Origin: Malacoraja senta
Lineage: Eukaryota
Length of the DNA: 64,000 nucleotides
Assembly (NCBI GenBank): GCA_038087875.1
Contig: JAXLNO010000655.1
Coordinates: forward strand, 496,001 to 560,000
Direction: 5' to 3'
Of the stretch, positions 26,451 through 37,339 are shown piece after piece (the first letter of the stretch is position 1; each line of letters opens with the position of its first letter). Made by a program: the position numbers and the translations under genes. Below the pieces are notes generated by a model. The model was given only the letters and a program-made list of their open reading frames with translations, was not told where the DNA came from and made no database searches.

Positions 26451-28073
26451 CAAATCAACAAATCCAAACGATCATATAATGGATGTTGTACCCTTGTTAC
26501 AGGGTGCAGCAATAAATTACTCCTTTTTGGGACTTTCATCAACATTTGTGTTGTTAATTCTAATATCAACGGATACCATGGCTGTGTAGGCCAATCTGGT
26601 ACTACCAATACCCCTGAAGCAGCATCTTGCCTGATTTTAAGCAAACATTGGCTTATAAGCAGAAAGGTGGAAATATATATGAAAACATACCACCCCAATG
26701 TAGCGAGAAAGCATCAATCGCCACTGCTCCTGGATCTGGTTCCCATGAGACATATCTCGATAGCTGATGATTCAAGTCGATGTCGGGCATTCAAAATCTG
26801 ATTACTATATCATTGAATACCTCTCGATTCAACATCCATTCTTTATTATCATGGAACTTTTGTGACCTGGTGTCTGTTATCGTGTTCATTCTACCTGGTA
26901 GATAGATAGCTGAAATCCAAATGTTCTTTTCAATACACCAAGACCAAAGTTAATTAGCCATTTTGTCACATGACACCGACTTAATTCCACCCATATCATT
27001 AATATAGGCAACTGCTGTTGTGTTTATCAATTTGAACTTGAACATGCCTTTTAGTTGTGTTAGAACAATAAGCTTGGAGTCCATAGAAACATCCTAAAAG
27101 CTCCAAATAGTTAGTTCCCCATGTCTGCAGTAACAATGACTCTTCCTGATTCCATCTGCCTCCGCAGCTAGATGTTAAGTCAGTTGCACCCCATCCTAGT
27201 GCACTGGCATCAGTTTGTAATATCATGGAAGGTTGTTCAATCAGCACTTTGCCGGAACTGCTTGAGACATGTAGAATCCACCACTGCAGATCAGAAAAAG
27301 CATTTGTTGTTAGTTGCATAGTTCTATCAAAATGACCAGCATTCATTCTCAGTGCCTGTTGTTTAACTCTCTGCAGCTGTTGATAATGTAATGGTCCGTA
27401 CTGGACTGCTGGGAATCTACTCATTTTCCCAGTACTCGAGCCACCTGTCTTGATTAAGGGTTTTTGCTCGTTTAACAGATTACTGCAATCTTTAATCAAC
27501 TCCACCCTTTTTTCACTGGGCAAAGTAATTTTCATTTGGGCTGAATCAATTGTGAACCCCAAATAATCAATCAAGGTACATGTTGTTAACCTTGATTTCT
27601 TTGGATGAATTTAGAAAAACCCAAACTTTCAAAAGTTGATTTCACAACTGCAACAGATGCTTCTGTTGACTGTTTGTCCTTCCTATAATCAGGACATCAT
27701 CCAAGTATGCCATTAGTACATGCCCCTGGCTTCTCAGCAACCCCAGAATTGATTTTAACAATTTTGTGAATATTCTGGGAGCGGACGTTAACCCATTAGG
27801 CAGAGCTTTGAACTGCCCTAACTGGTTCATCCATGTAAATTTAAGATACTTCATATCTTCCAAGTGAACAGACACTGAATAATATACATCTTTTAAATCT
27901 ATAGTTGCCATAAAACATGCTTCTGAGATAAGTTGTTTGGCAGTACAAATGTCTCCATTTTAAAATGTCTAACTTGAACAAAAGGATTCAGACTTGTCAA
28001 GTCTATAATAATCCTACATCCTCCATCATTTTTTGATCGAGGGAATATATTTGACACAAATTGGTGAATTTGG
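26441..28073 (-). pseudogene. DIRS reverse transcriptase / RNase H / adenine-methyltransferase-like region (disrupted)
   Basis: IDLKDVYYSV, LPNGLTSAPRIFTK, AYLDD, YLGFTID, LQTDASALGWGA, NYLEL, VVPDWPTQPWYP; N-terminal part continues at 29770-29790 and 30837-31074. Confidence 0.92.
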
Positions 28074-28087
28074 TAGACTGATTCTTC

Positions 28088-29755
28088 TTTTTTTTTAAAT
28101 TTTTAATTAGAAGTACAATTGTATACAATCATATTTTCATAATGCATATTATGTACAGCTTCTTATTTTTATAATAAAGGAGAAAAAGAAGTTAGATAAT
28201 GAAAAATAGAAAATGTGAGATATATAGTGTGTGAAAAAGGAAAATAGAGAGTGAAAGAAGAAAGTTAAGAAATAGAAAATAGGAAAAAGAAAGTAAAAGA
28301 AAAAAAAGAAAGAAAAAGAAAAAAAAAAGAAGTAAGGAGATCTTATTTATAATCTTGACCATCCCTCGCCCAGTCACGGATTAGCTTTTACAATTGTTTG
28401 CACCACATGATTCCAAAAAGACGACAAATGGAGACCAACTCGTTGTGAATTGGTCAAATATATCTATTAGGAGGAATCGCATTTCCTCAAGATGTGCGGT
28501 ATCCAACATACTTGCAATCCACATTTTGAGCGTTGGTATTGGTGTATTTTTCCAAAATGTCAATATTAATTTTTTAGCTATTATTAAACCATAATTAAAA
28601 AATAATTTTTGAGATGGATTCAATTTATTCCCGTCTTCCATTACCCCAAATATAATCAATTCATTATTAGGTTCCATTTTTATCTTAAATAAATTTGTGA
28701 ATATTTCAAAAATATCACTCCAAAATCTATGAAGTTTTATACAGGAAACAAAAGAGTGTGTTATAGTTGCATCTTGGGTTAAACATTTATCGCAAGTGGG
28801 GGATATATTTGGGTAAAATTTATTTAATCTTATTTTTGAGTAATACAATCTATGTAAAATTTTAAATTGAATTAGATTATGTCTTGCATTAATCGAACAC
28901 TTGTGAATATATGTCAAATACTTTTCCCATGTAACCTTCATAATTTTTATCGTTAATTCCCGTTCCCACTCTTCTCTAATTACCTCAGTCGCAGGTAAAT
29001 CTATATTTAAAATACTATTATATAAATATGATATTAATTTTTGTGTATCAGCTTTAATATTTATTACTTCTTCCAATAAATCAGGAATTATTTTTTGATA
29101 TCCCTGTCTTCAAGAAATTGCAAATCTGAAAATATTTAAAATAATGATTGTTTTTCAGTTTAAATTTTAATTGTAATTGTTGAAATGATAGTAAATCTCC
29201 CATTTCATACATGTCCCCGATCCTTTTAATTCCTAAACTTTCCCATTGATTAAATATTTTGTCCATCATAGATGGTTTAAATAAAGGATTATTCACTATC
29301 GGTGTTAACAGTGATAGGTTTCTTAATTTTAAGGATAATTTTATTTGTTTCCATATTCTTATTGTATCTTGTATAATTGGGTTCTTCTTATATATTGTAT
29401 TGTTCATTTTTTTCGGGGAGAAGAGGATCGTTCCTATATTACAAGGGTAACAATCCTCTTTCTCCATTTTTATCCATTCTGTCTGTTGGGTTGAACTATC
29501 CAACCAGTAAATTTTATTCTTAATATGTATTGCCCAATAGTAATACAGAAAATTCAGGAGTGAAAGTCCCCCGACATCTTTTGGTTTACATAAGTGTTCT
29601 TTTTTAATTCTATGTGATTTATAGTCCCAAACAAAATTAGTAATATTAGAGTTTAATTTAGAAAAAAAATATTTTGGTACATATACTGGTATAGACTGAA
29701 ATAGGTATAGTAACTGTGGTAGAAAAATCATTTTTTTTGCATTTATTCTACCTAT
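28088..29755 (-). mobile_element. 5'-truncated L1-clade LINE nested in the DIRS RT
   Basis: ORFs 29081-29731 and 28381-29076 (LPQLLYLFQ, GGLSL, QFKILHRLY, CDKC..HSFVSC zinc knuckle); poly(T) 28088-28096; 14-bp TSD tagactgattcttc at 28074-28087 and 29756-29769. Confidence 0.93.
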
Positions 29756-29790
29756 TAGACTGATTCTTCAATAACACCTTTTATATATAG

Positions 29791-30829
29791 TAGGTATGCT
29801 ACAAAACTTACCTTCAGTCGCGCTGTAATTCTGCCACTGGCCGTGTGCGCGATTTTGGCGCCTTTAAGGGGGGGGCGGGGTTAAAACGCGGGTTTCTCCC
29901 TTGTCCTGGAAATATTTTGTTGGAGTACAAAACTTCGCTGACAAAATCGTTCCTACCGGCGATTTGTGAATTTTTTTTTTAAATTAAATCGTCAATGTCA
30001 GCGCTAGAGTCATTTTAAAAGCAGCTCCTGAAGCGTCAACGCCAATAACGGGGACGGATTTCACACAATGGACAGGTAAACAAAAGTGCTTTCTTTAAAT
30101 GTATAAAAGTGCTTCTTAAGAAGCCTTTAATTCACATTTTGTCATGCGACACGGTGATTTTATTCCCCGAATTAACGGCAGTATTTTTCATGCCAATACG
30201 GGGTTAAATTCACCGCAAATGAACGTTCCAAAAGATCGCGTTCCAGTAATTCTCACTCGCAAGATGAATTAAATCCCCATTAATTTACAGGTATTAAACA
30301 TTCAATTCCTTCCATTTGGCCTGTAAATTCATGAAAATTAGATTTAAAAATTATGTTAAATTGTGAATTATTGTGTGAATGTTATTTGGACACTTAGGCT
30401 ATTTAAAAATGTTAATCTATTCTTAAGAAATTGATAGATGTTTAGATCTAGTAATTGAATTTTGTAATTAGCTACAATTAGATAACTAACTAATTATATG
30501 CTTTACTTTCATGTCTTCGAAGTAAGATTGTTTCCTATTTGTTTCAGAATGCTTCAATCTATAATACCTGAAAATTTCTTTCAGTTACCATAATTTTTAA
30601 GAAAGTTATGGGCTTTTAACTGTCCTCGATCACAGCTTTTGTGTTAAGTCAATGGAAAAGCAATAGGGAACTAGATGCTAATTTCTGAGTATGATAATGG
30701 CCATAACTTTTTTAATACTGAAGATATGAAAGTGAATTAAGTGTCAAATTAAACTTCTTTTTATGCTTTATCTGATGGGATAAATTGCAGACTTTATTTT
30801 TTAAATCTCAAAATTTTGTAACATTGCTA
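29791..30829. mobile_element. Unclassified non-autonomous TIR element nested in the DIRS RT
   Basis: Imperfect 19-bp TIR (taggtatgctacaaaactt vs tagcaatgttacaaaattt); flanking duplication tatatag; removal restores the frame QTLYIKGVI. Confidence 0.75.
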
Positions 30830-31268
30830 TATATAGGGTTTGAAGTGCAGCTTGAACCTCCATCACTTCTTTTTGTGCAAAGTGGAGAGTTCTGCTAGGA
30901 ACATGGTGGACAGGCAAATCATAATTTGGATTGAATTCAATTCGAAATCCTTGTATATTATTCAGAATTACCACATCTGAAGTAATCTTCTTCCAATTGT
31001 TATAGAAGAGACGTAATCTGCCTCCAATGTTTGGACTTAATCCGGTTAGTATCTTCCCATGAGAACCAGGTTCACCTACTGTAATTACTGCAAAAAGCAT
31101 ATAAGATTTACACACATCTTTATTCAGCACATTAACTTAGCAGCATTACAGGTTTAGGTGTTGTCAGTTCATCCTGGCTGCTTCAACTAACGGTGCTGGG
31201 AATGGGCGTTAGTATAATTGTTATAATGGGGCGGAGTTAGTGATGCCAACTAAGTGTGATTGATTCAC

Positions 31269-33119
31269 ATGCATCCTCAATCTACATCCTTTCCCCTACT
31301 ACCCGTCGCGTATGCCTCTCGCACCATGACCGACACGGAGCAGCACTACGCGCAAATCAAAAAGGAACTGCTGGCGGTCGTCTTTGCCTGCTCCAAATTC
31401 CACGACTTCGTCTTTGGCAACACGTTCATGGTTGAGACGGATCACCAGCCACTGGTGACAATCTTGAACAAGCCTATCCACGCCGCCCCAGCTCGTTTGC
31501 AGCGCATGATGATGCAGCTGCAGCGGTACGACTTCTCTATTACCTACAAAAAGGGCAAGGACATGCATGTTGCTGACACACTCTCTCGTGCCCCTCGAAC
31601 ATCTTGCGAACAACACCCACACGAACAGGAGAATTTCACTGTTCTCGGTGTCGGTCTAATCTCCAGCAAGCAACTGCGCACCCTAGCCGCGCACACTGCC
31701 AAGGATGCTACGCTTCAAGCCCTCTCGTCCATCATCAAGACAGGCTGGCCAGGCAAACAATCCAACACGCCCAATGAGGTGCAGCCGTACTTCTTGGTCC
31801 GCGATGAACTGGTGGTTCAGGATGGTGTGGTCGTCAAGGGCCACAAGGTAGTTGTACCTGCATCGCTACAAGACGAGTACTTCAAAGAGGTACACAGCGG
31901 TCACCCAGGAGCCGACTCCACACTGGCACGCGCCCGGGATCTGTTCTACTGGCCTGGAATGGCCACGTACATCCGGGACCGCGTAGCCTCCTGCCCCACT
32001 TGCAACAATCTTGCACCTCATCAGCAGCGGCAACCCCTTCTGCAACAACCTCCACCAGCCCTGTCATGGTTGTCGATGGCTGCGGACATTTTTGAATGGT
32101 GCGGTAAGCACTACCTCGTTCTGGTCGACTCGTACTCCAACTGGTTCGAACTTGACCAACTGACCTCCCTCATGTCTGAGATGGTCATCAGGAAGCTGAA
32201 AAGACATTTCTCAGCCCATGGCATTCCTGTTATTCTGAGAACCGACAATGGTCCACAGTTCACCAGCCACTTGTTCAAGCTTTTCGCTGACCATTGGAAC
32301 TTTCAGCACGTCACAAGCAGTCCCGAGTATCCACAGAGTAATGGACTCGCTGAACGCGCTGTCAGGAGCGCCAAGCACTTGCTGGAGGGAGCGCGCATTT
32401 CAAACTCTGACGTCTATCTCGATCTGCTGAACCTCAGAAACATTCCGAGAGACGGAGTCTTGGGGTCACCAGCACAGCGGCTGCTGTCGAGGGTGACGAG
32501 GTCTCCGGTCCCCATCGCACAACAGCAGCTGGTTCCTCGGGTGTTGAAGCCCGCCACTATCCAGCAACGTCTCCAAGAGAAGCACGATACCCAGAAACGG
32601 TCATACGACAGTTCCAGCAGACCACTCCAGCCTCTACTGCCGGGCCAGGTCGTCCGTCTACGAACTCCAACTGGACATTCTCGTCTGGGCGTTGTTGTGC
32701 GCCCGACTGATGAGCCGCGATCGTACCTTGTGGACTGTGAGGGAGTGGTTTACCGGAGAAGTCGTCAACACCTGCTTGCTGTGAGGGAGCCCCGACCGCC
32801 GCCTGCTGATCCATATGCTCCGCTGCTCCAGTTCCAGCCACCTTCCGCGATGTCTCCCGCCCGTCCCCGCATGCCTGCCACTCCCCCACGTCTATCGGTC
32901 TCCAATAACCACGGGGTTTCACCCACCGCATGTTCCCCCCTCGGTCACCACAATCCTCTCCCGTGCGGTTTTCACCTTCAACCTCCCCGCCTCATCCTTC
33001 AGTTGAGGGAGGGGATGGTTGGGTCCGCACGCGTTCGGGCCGTGTTAGTAGACCACCAGACAGGTATGGCGAGTATGTTTAATATGCTTTTAATCTTTAG
33101 GGGAAAGGATGTAGATTGA
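31269..33119 (+). CDS. Ty3/Gypsy partial RNase H plus integrase ORF
   Basis: PVAYASR..ELLAVVF..TDHQPL..ADTLSR (RNase H lacking its N-terminus); H-x2-H..C-x2-C zinc finger; AADIF / TDNG / NGLAERAV catalytic D,D,E; in-frame ATG at 31269 lies in the inverted LTR; native C-terminus RTRSGRVSRPPDRY is out of frame. Confidence 0.8.
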   Translation: MHPQSTSFPLLPVAYASRTMTDTEQHYAQIKKELLAVVFACSKFHDFVFGNTFMVETDHQPLVTILNKPIHAAPARLQRMMMQLQRYDFSITYKKGKDMHVADTLSRAPRTSCEQHPHEQENFTVLGVGLISSKQLRTLAAHTAKDATLQALSSIIKTGWPGKQSNTPNEVQPYFLVRDELVVQDGVVVKGHKVVVPASLQDEYFKEVHSGHPGADSTLARARDLFYWPGMATYIRDRVASCPTCNNLAPHQQRQPLLQQPPPALSWLSMAADIFEWCGKHYLVLVDSYSNWFELDQLTSLMSEMVIRKLKRHFSAHGIPVILRTDNGPQFTSHLFKLFADHWNFQHVTSSPEYPQSNGLAERAVRSAKHLLEGARISNSDVYLDLLNLRNIPRDGVLGSPAQRLLSRVTRSPVPIAQQQLVPRVLKPATIQQRLQEKHDTQKRSYDSSSRPLQPLLPGQVVRLRTPTGHSRLGVVVRPTDEPRSYLVDCEGVVYRRSRQHLLAVREPRPPPADPYAPLLQFQPPSAMSPARPRMPATPPRLSVSNNHGVSPTACSPLGHHNPLPCGFHLQPPRLILQLREGMVGSARVRAVLVDHQTGMASMFNMLLIFRGKDVD

Positions 33120-33315
33120 GGATGCATGTGAATCAATCACACTTAGTTGGCATCACTAACTCCGCCCCATTATAACAATTATACTAACGCCCATTCCCAG
33201 CACCGTTAGTTGAAGCAGCCAGGATGAACTGACAACACCTAAACCTGTAATGCTGCTAAGTTAATGTGCTGAATAAAGATGTGTGTAAATCTTATATGCT
33301 TTGAAGAGATCTACA
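33110..33315 (+). repeat. 3' LTR (206 bp) preceded by a polypurine tract
   Basis: PPT aggggaaagga 33099-33109; TGTAGAT...ATCTACA; AATAAA at 33272. Confidence 0.9.
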
Positions 33316-33320
33316 CCTAC

Positions 33321-34433
33321 CTCTTGAGTCATTTGAGTACTCTGAGATCCCTGGATTCTCCCGGAAGCACCCCCACTGGTTCTTGCTCCCGCTGCAGGCC
33401 GCCAGCTACGTCCCTGCGTTAATGAGCGACTTGGTCCTGGTCCAGGATCCATATGACGTCTGAAAGGATACTTCCTCTTTACAGACTTTACAACCATTGA
33501 TGTTTTCATCAATCCTGTTTTCGCTTCATCTTCCAACTCTTTAATACGTCTCCTGAGATCCTCTCCCAAGAGTAAGTTGGGTAATTGTACATTACTTGGT
33601 TTGCAGAGTGCTGCGAATTTTGGATTCATAGTAGGCCGTATAGCACCTTTCCTCAGACAATTGATCTCGAAGTGGGTGCTGCATAGCAACCCCAGTGCTT
33701 CCTGATGCAACTCTGTCATCTCTTGGCTTTTATCCGCTATTCTGGCAAAAGCAGTTATTCCAGAACCCAGCAGATTTAATATTCTCTGCAATTTCAATTC
33801 TTGAGTTCTCATACTCAACTCATATTTTCTTGCATTCTCATCTATCTCCTGCTGTTCCAGCTGATGGGAAACCAGGTAATTTATTAGGGAGGCCAATTCT
33901 TCACTTAATGGCTCTCCTGACCCTGACGGGGCAGCGAATCGTACTGCCAGGGATGGAACATCTGGCAGCTGCCGTTCTTCGCCTTGTACAGCCTCACCGT
34001 CAGAGTCGGGGTCTGAAATCTCATGACCCGTGGCACGCTCCTCATCCCTGAGGGTGCATTCTATCAGCCCTGTACCAGGAGCTGTTCTGCTGCTTCCCGC
34101 AGCTTGGATTTCAGTACACTCTTACCTGAGTGTGCTTCGCTCCAACAGCCTATGTAGCAGGCTTTCCATTTGGGCAATACGCTTAAAAGCAGAATCTAGC
34201 CCTGGATCTTCTTCCATTTCCATTTCCTGGGACTCCTCCTCCGTGGCCCGTTTCGATTTGAACTTGGCCTTGCGCCCGACAGGCGCTGACTGCCCCAGGT
34301 CCACAGTCGCTATGCTCACTGCTGGCGACTGTACTGGGGTTAGAGGCGGTTGGTCGCTAACCGCAGACTCCCGACTTTCCCGACTTTCTGTCGGCTGAGT
34401 CGCTCGCCTCTTCCCCCTGCCCGTTTTTTCCAT
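33321..34433 (-). pseudogene. DIRS ORF1 (gag-like), frameshifted
   Basis: ORFs 34122-34457 and 33261-33896; homologous to 56790-57820 (HFEINCLR..AIRPT.N.K, P.NLL.GEDL). Confidence 0.8.
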
Positions 34434-34643
34434 GGCGTCTGTGGAAAAAATCCCCATAGACCCACAGTAAACGGACCTGAAAATACTGAAAAAAGTTTTT
34501 ACTTACCTTGTAGTTAAAAAACTACAAATCCATTAGAGCTCTGCTCCTCACGTCTGTTTGCGTCAAGGCGTCTGACGTAAATGACACGCAGGCGCACTGG
34601 CGGGGTTCTTCACGTAGTCACTCACGTGACTCCGAAGTAAAAT

Positions 34644-34960
34644 TAGGCCATTCAGCCCATTAAGTCTACTCCGCCATTCAATCATGGATGATCTATCTCT
34701 GCCTACCCATTCTCCTGCCTTCTCCCCATAACCCCTGACACCCTTACTAATCAAAAATCTATCAATCTCTGCCTTAAAAATATCCACTGTCTTGGCCTCC
34801 ACAGCCTTCTGAGGCAATGAATTTCACAGATTCACCATTCTCTGACTAAAGAAATTCCTCCCCATCTCCTTCCAAAAGGAACGTCCTTTAATTATGAGGT
34901 TATGACCTCTGGTCCTAGACTCTCCCATTAGTGGAAACATTCTCTCCACATCCACTCCAG
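34644..34960 (-). mobile_element. CR1 3' fragment interrupted by the DIRS
   Basis: Continues the cataagtgat..gagtag tail left at 24913-24928. Confidence 0.85.
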
Positions 34961-35111
34961 CACTTTGTGTCCTTTTTTTTGGTAAACCAGCACCTGCAGC
35001 TCCTTATTTGTGCAAGTGATAGGTGGATGTAGATGAGGGAGGGGGGTTGATTAGCAGATTAGTGGTCAGTGACATAGGCTGGAGATGAAAAGCAGACAAA
35101 AGCATATCATG

Positions 35112-35435
35112 GTGGGCATGGCGGCGGAGTGGTAGAGTTGCTGCCATACAGCACTTGCAGCACTGCAGACCCAGGTTCGATCCTGACTACGGTTTCTGTC
35201 TGCATGGAGTTTGTACGTTCTCCCCGGGACCGCGTGGGTTTTCTCCAAGATTTTCGATTTCCTCCCACACTCCAAAAACATACAGGTATGCAGGTAAATT
35301 GGCTTGGTAAATGTAAAAATTGTCCCTAGTGTGTGTAGGATAATGTTAATGTGCGGGGATCGCTGGTTGGCGCGGACTCGGCGGGCCGAAGGGCCTGTTT
35401 CCGCGCTGTATCTCTAAACTAAACTAAACTAAACT
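35112..35435 (+). mobile_element. tRNA-derived SINE (HE1/V-SINE-like)
   Basis: Full-length copy with (ctaaa)n tail. Confidence 0.85.
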
Positions 35436-35870
35436 GACAAATTGAGATCTGGTCAAACTTTGCCATAACCAGTAAGAAATGTAGAGGGGAGAGTTAGGAA
35501 CTAGAAACACAAAGCTTGAAGAGTGGGCATCTAATTGTCAGTCGAATTGCAGTATAAATATGTGTGAGTGAGACTGCATGGGTAGGCAGAATGAGGAGAC
35601 CTCGTGCTGTTTGGATAATGAGAGGCTTAGAAGAACAGCAGGATCTCAGATACACACACACACACACACACACAATTCACTAATCCAGTGACGCAGGATA
35701 ATGCTACCGAAATAGCAAATCTAGCGCTGGAGCACATTGCTCGGATAGATTTAAAAAGCAGAGGATTCCCATTAAAGGTAGACACAAAATGCTGGAGTAA
35801 CTCAGCAGGTGAGGCAGCATCTATGGAGAGAAGGAATGGGTGATGTTGCGGGTGAGACCCTTCTTCAGAC

Positions 35871-36296
35871 CAAAGACCCTATAGCGGAGCAAGATAGACC
35901 ACTCCTTCCAAATGCAATGGGCTGATGTGTAGTACGCAACGGAGAGGAACGTGGGCCGTTTTGTGGTCCTTTTTTTCATCCATTTCAGTAACCAGACCCG
36001 ACCCCACCCGACCCGACTCGCAGTGTAATCAACGTTGCGGGGGAACAGTTTGTGTTAATAAATTATAATTCTGAAAATGAGGAGAAGATTTTTACCAAAG
36101 AACTTTTATTTTTACGAGGATGTTTCCGTAACCGGCTTCCGTCTCCGCACTAGTATCTTTGCTCCGCTATGGGATCTTTGGTGCGGAGACGGAAGCCGGT
36201 TACGGAAATGGGGGCAAAAATGATCCATGAATCTGCCCATGACCGTACTACGTCTTTTTTGTCGAGTGGTCTATCTTGCTTGCTATAGGATCTTTG
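35871..36296. mobile_element. MITE with 8-bp TSD (P-element-like ends, hAT not excluded)
   Basis: About 33-bp TIR caaagaccctatagcggagcaagatagaccactc; TSD cttcagac at 35863-35870 and 36297-36304. Confidence 0.85.
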
Positions 36297-37339
36297 CTTC
36301 AGACCTATATCCGGGGGAGGGGGCTGGACAAAGATAGAAAGTAGTTCCATTATACACGGGTAGAACCTCGATTAGACCACACATCGCCGATGCACACTCC
36401 TGCGCTCCGTGTGCTTGGACCACACTCGGACTGCTGCCCTCCATTCCTGTCTCCACACCATGGAGCCGTTGAAGAAACGACGGAAAGGAAATATTTATCA
36501 CAGACATGCCGGAAATTATTATTTACATACTTATCAGATATGATCGAACATGTTGGGCTCCCTCTCTCTCGAAAGAAAAAAAACCTGACGTTTAGTTTGA
36601 ATGTGTTAAACCAGGCATTTAATTCCCATCTCCAGAGCTGCAGGGTTAACCAGGCAGTTAACTATAAACTACATTGGCACACACTAGCCACACAGGGTAA
36701 GGAAAGACTGGTACCTTGACTGGATTTCTACAACAGGTACAACATGTAGGGCGGCACGGTGGCGCAGCGGTAGAGTTAGGTAGGCGATTTTTTGGGCAAC
36801 TACAGGGGACTGCCACAAAATTTTCAACATGTTGAAAATTTTTCGGCGACTGTGGCAGCAATTTTTGCTGTCGTAGGTTGTCGTAGGTGAATTCCATTAA
36901 AATTAGTCCCTGGCAGTCGCCTAAAGAGTCGCCTGAGTGAGACAGGCCCATTACAGCGCCACAGCCACGGGTTCGATCCTGACCACGGCTGCTGTCCGTA
37001 TGGAGTTTGTACGTTCTCCCAATGACCTGCGTGGGCTTCTCCGGTTGCTCTTGATTCCTCCCACACTCCAAGGACGATCAAGGTTTGTAGGTTAATTGGC
37101 TTCTGTGGAATTGATTCGATCTCCTCTCACACTCCAAAGATGAGCAGGTTTGTACGCTAATTGGCTTGATAAAATTGTAAATTGTCGCTAGTGTGTGTGG
37201 GATATTGTTACTGGGATCGCTGGTCGGCACGGACTCGGTGGGCATATGGGCCTGTTTCCGTGCTTTATCTCTAAACTAAACTAAACTGATTAGTTTAACA
37301 GGCAGTTAAAAATAAACTACATTGGCATTAATCTAAAGG

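Larger units (their letters stand above)
31080..33315 (+). mobile_element. Gypsy-derived integrase element bounded by inverted LTR copies
   Basis: TGTA...TACA termini; 5-bp TSD CCTAC (31075-31079, 33316-33320); 205-bp inverted repeat 31094-31298 / 33098-33302. Confidence 0.9.
24929..34643 (-). mobile_element. DIRS1-type tyrosine-recombinase retrotransposon (degenerate, about 4.75 kb native, three nested insertions)
   Basis: gag-like, RT/RNase H, methyltransferase-like and YR remnants in order; ITR cores at about 25003-25031 and 34588-34617; ICR 25161-25273 complementary to both termini; AAT at both junctions. Confidence 0.95.

Noticed and set aside
26441..26830. Adenine-methyltransferase-like domain as a novelty
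   Set aside because: It is an established component of DIRS1-type elements and is frameshifted here.
31080..33315. Calling the element a canonical Ginger transposon or an ordinary LTR retrotransposon
   Set aside because: It retains RNase H sequence, a PPT and an LTR with AATAAA (unlike Ginger), but the repeats are inverted and gag/RT/PBS are absent (unlike an LTR element).
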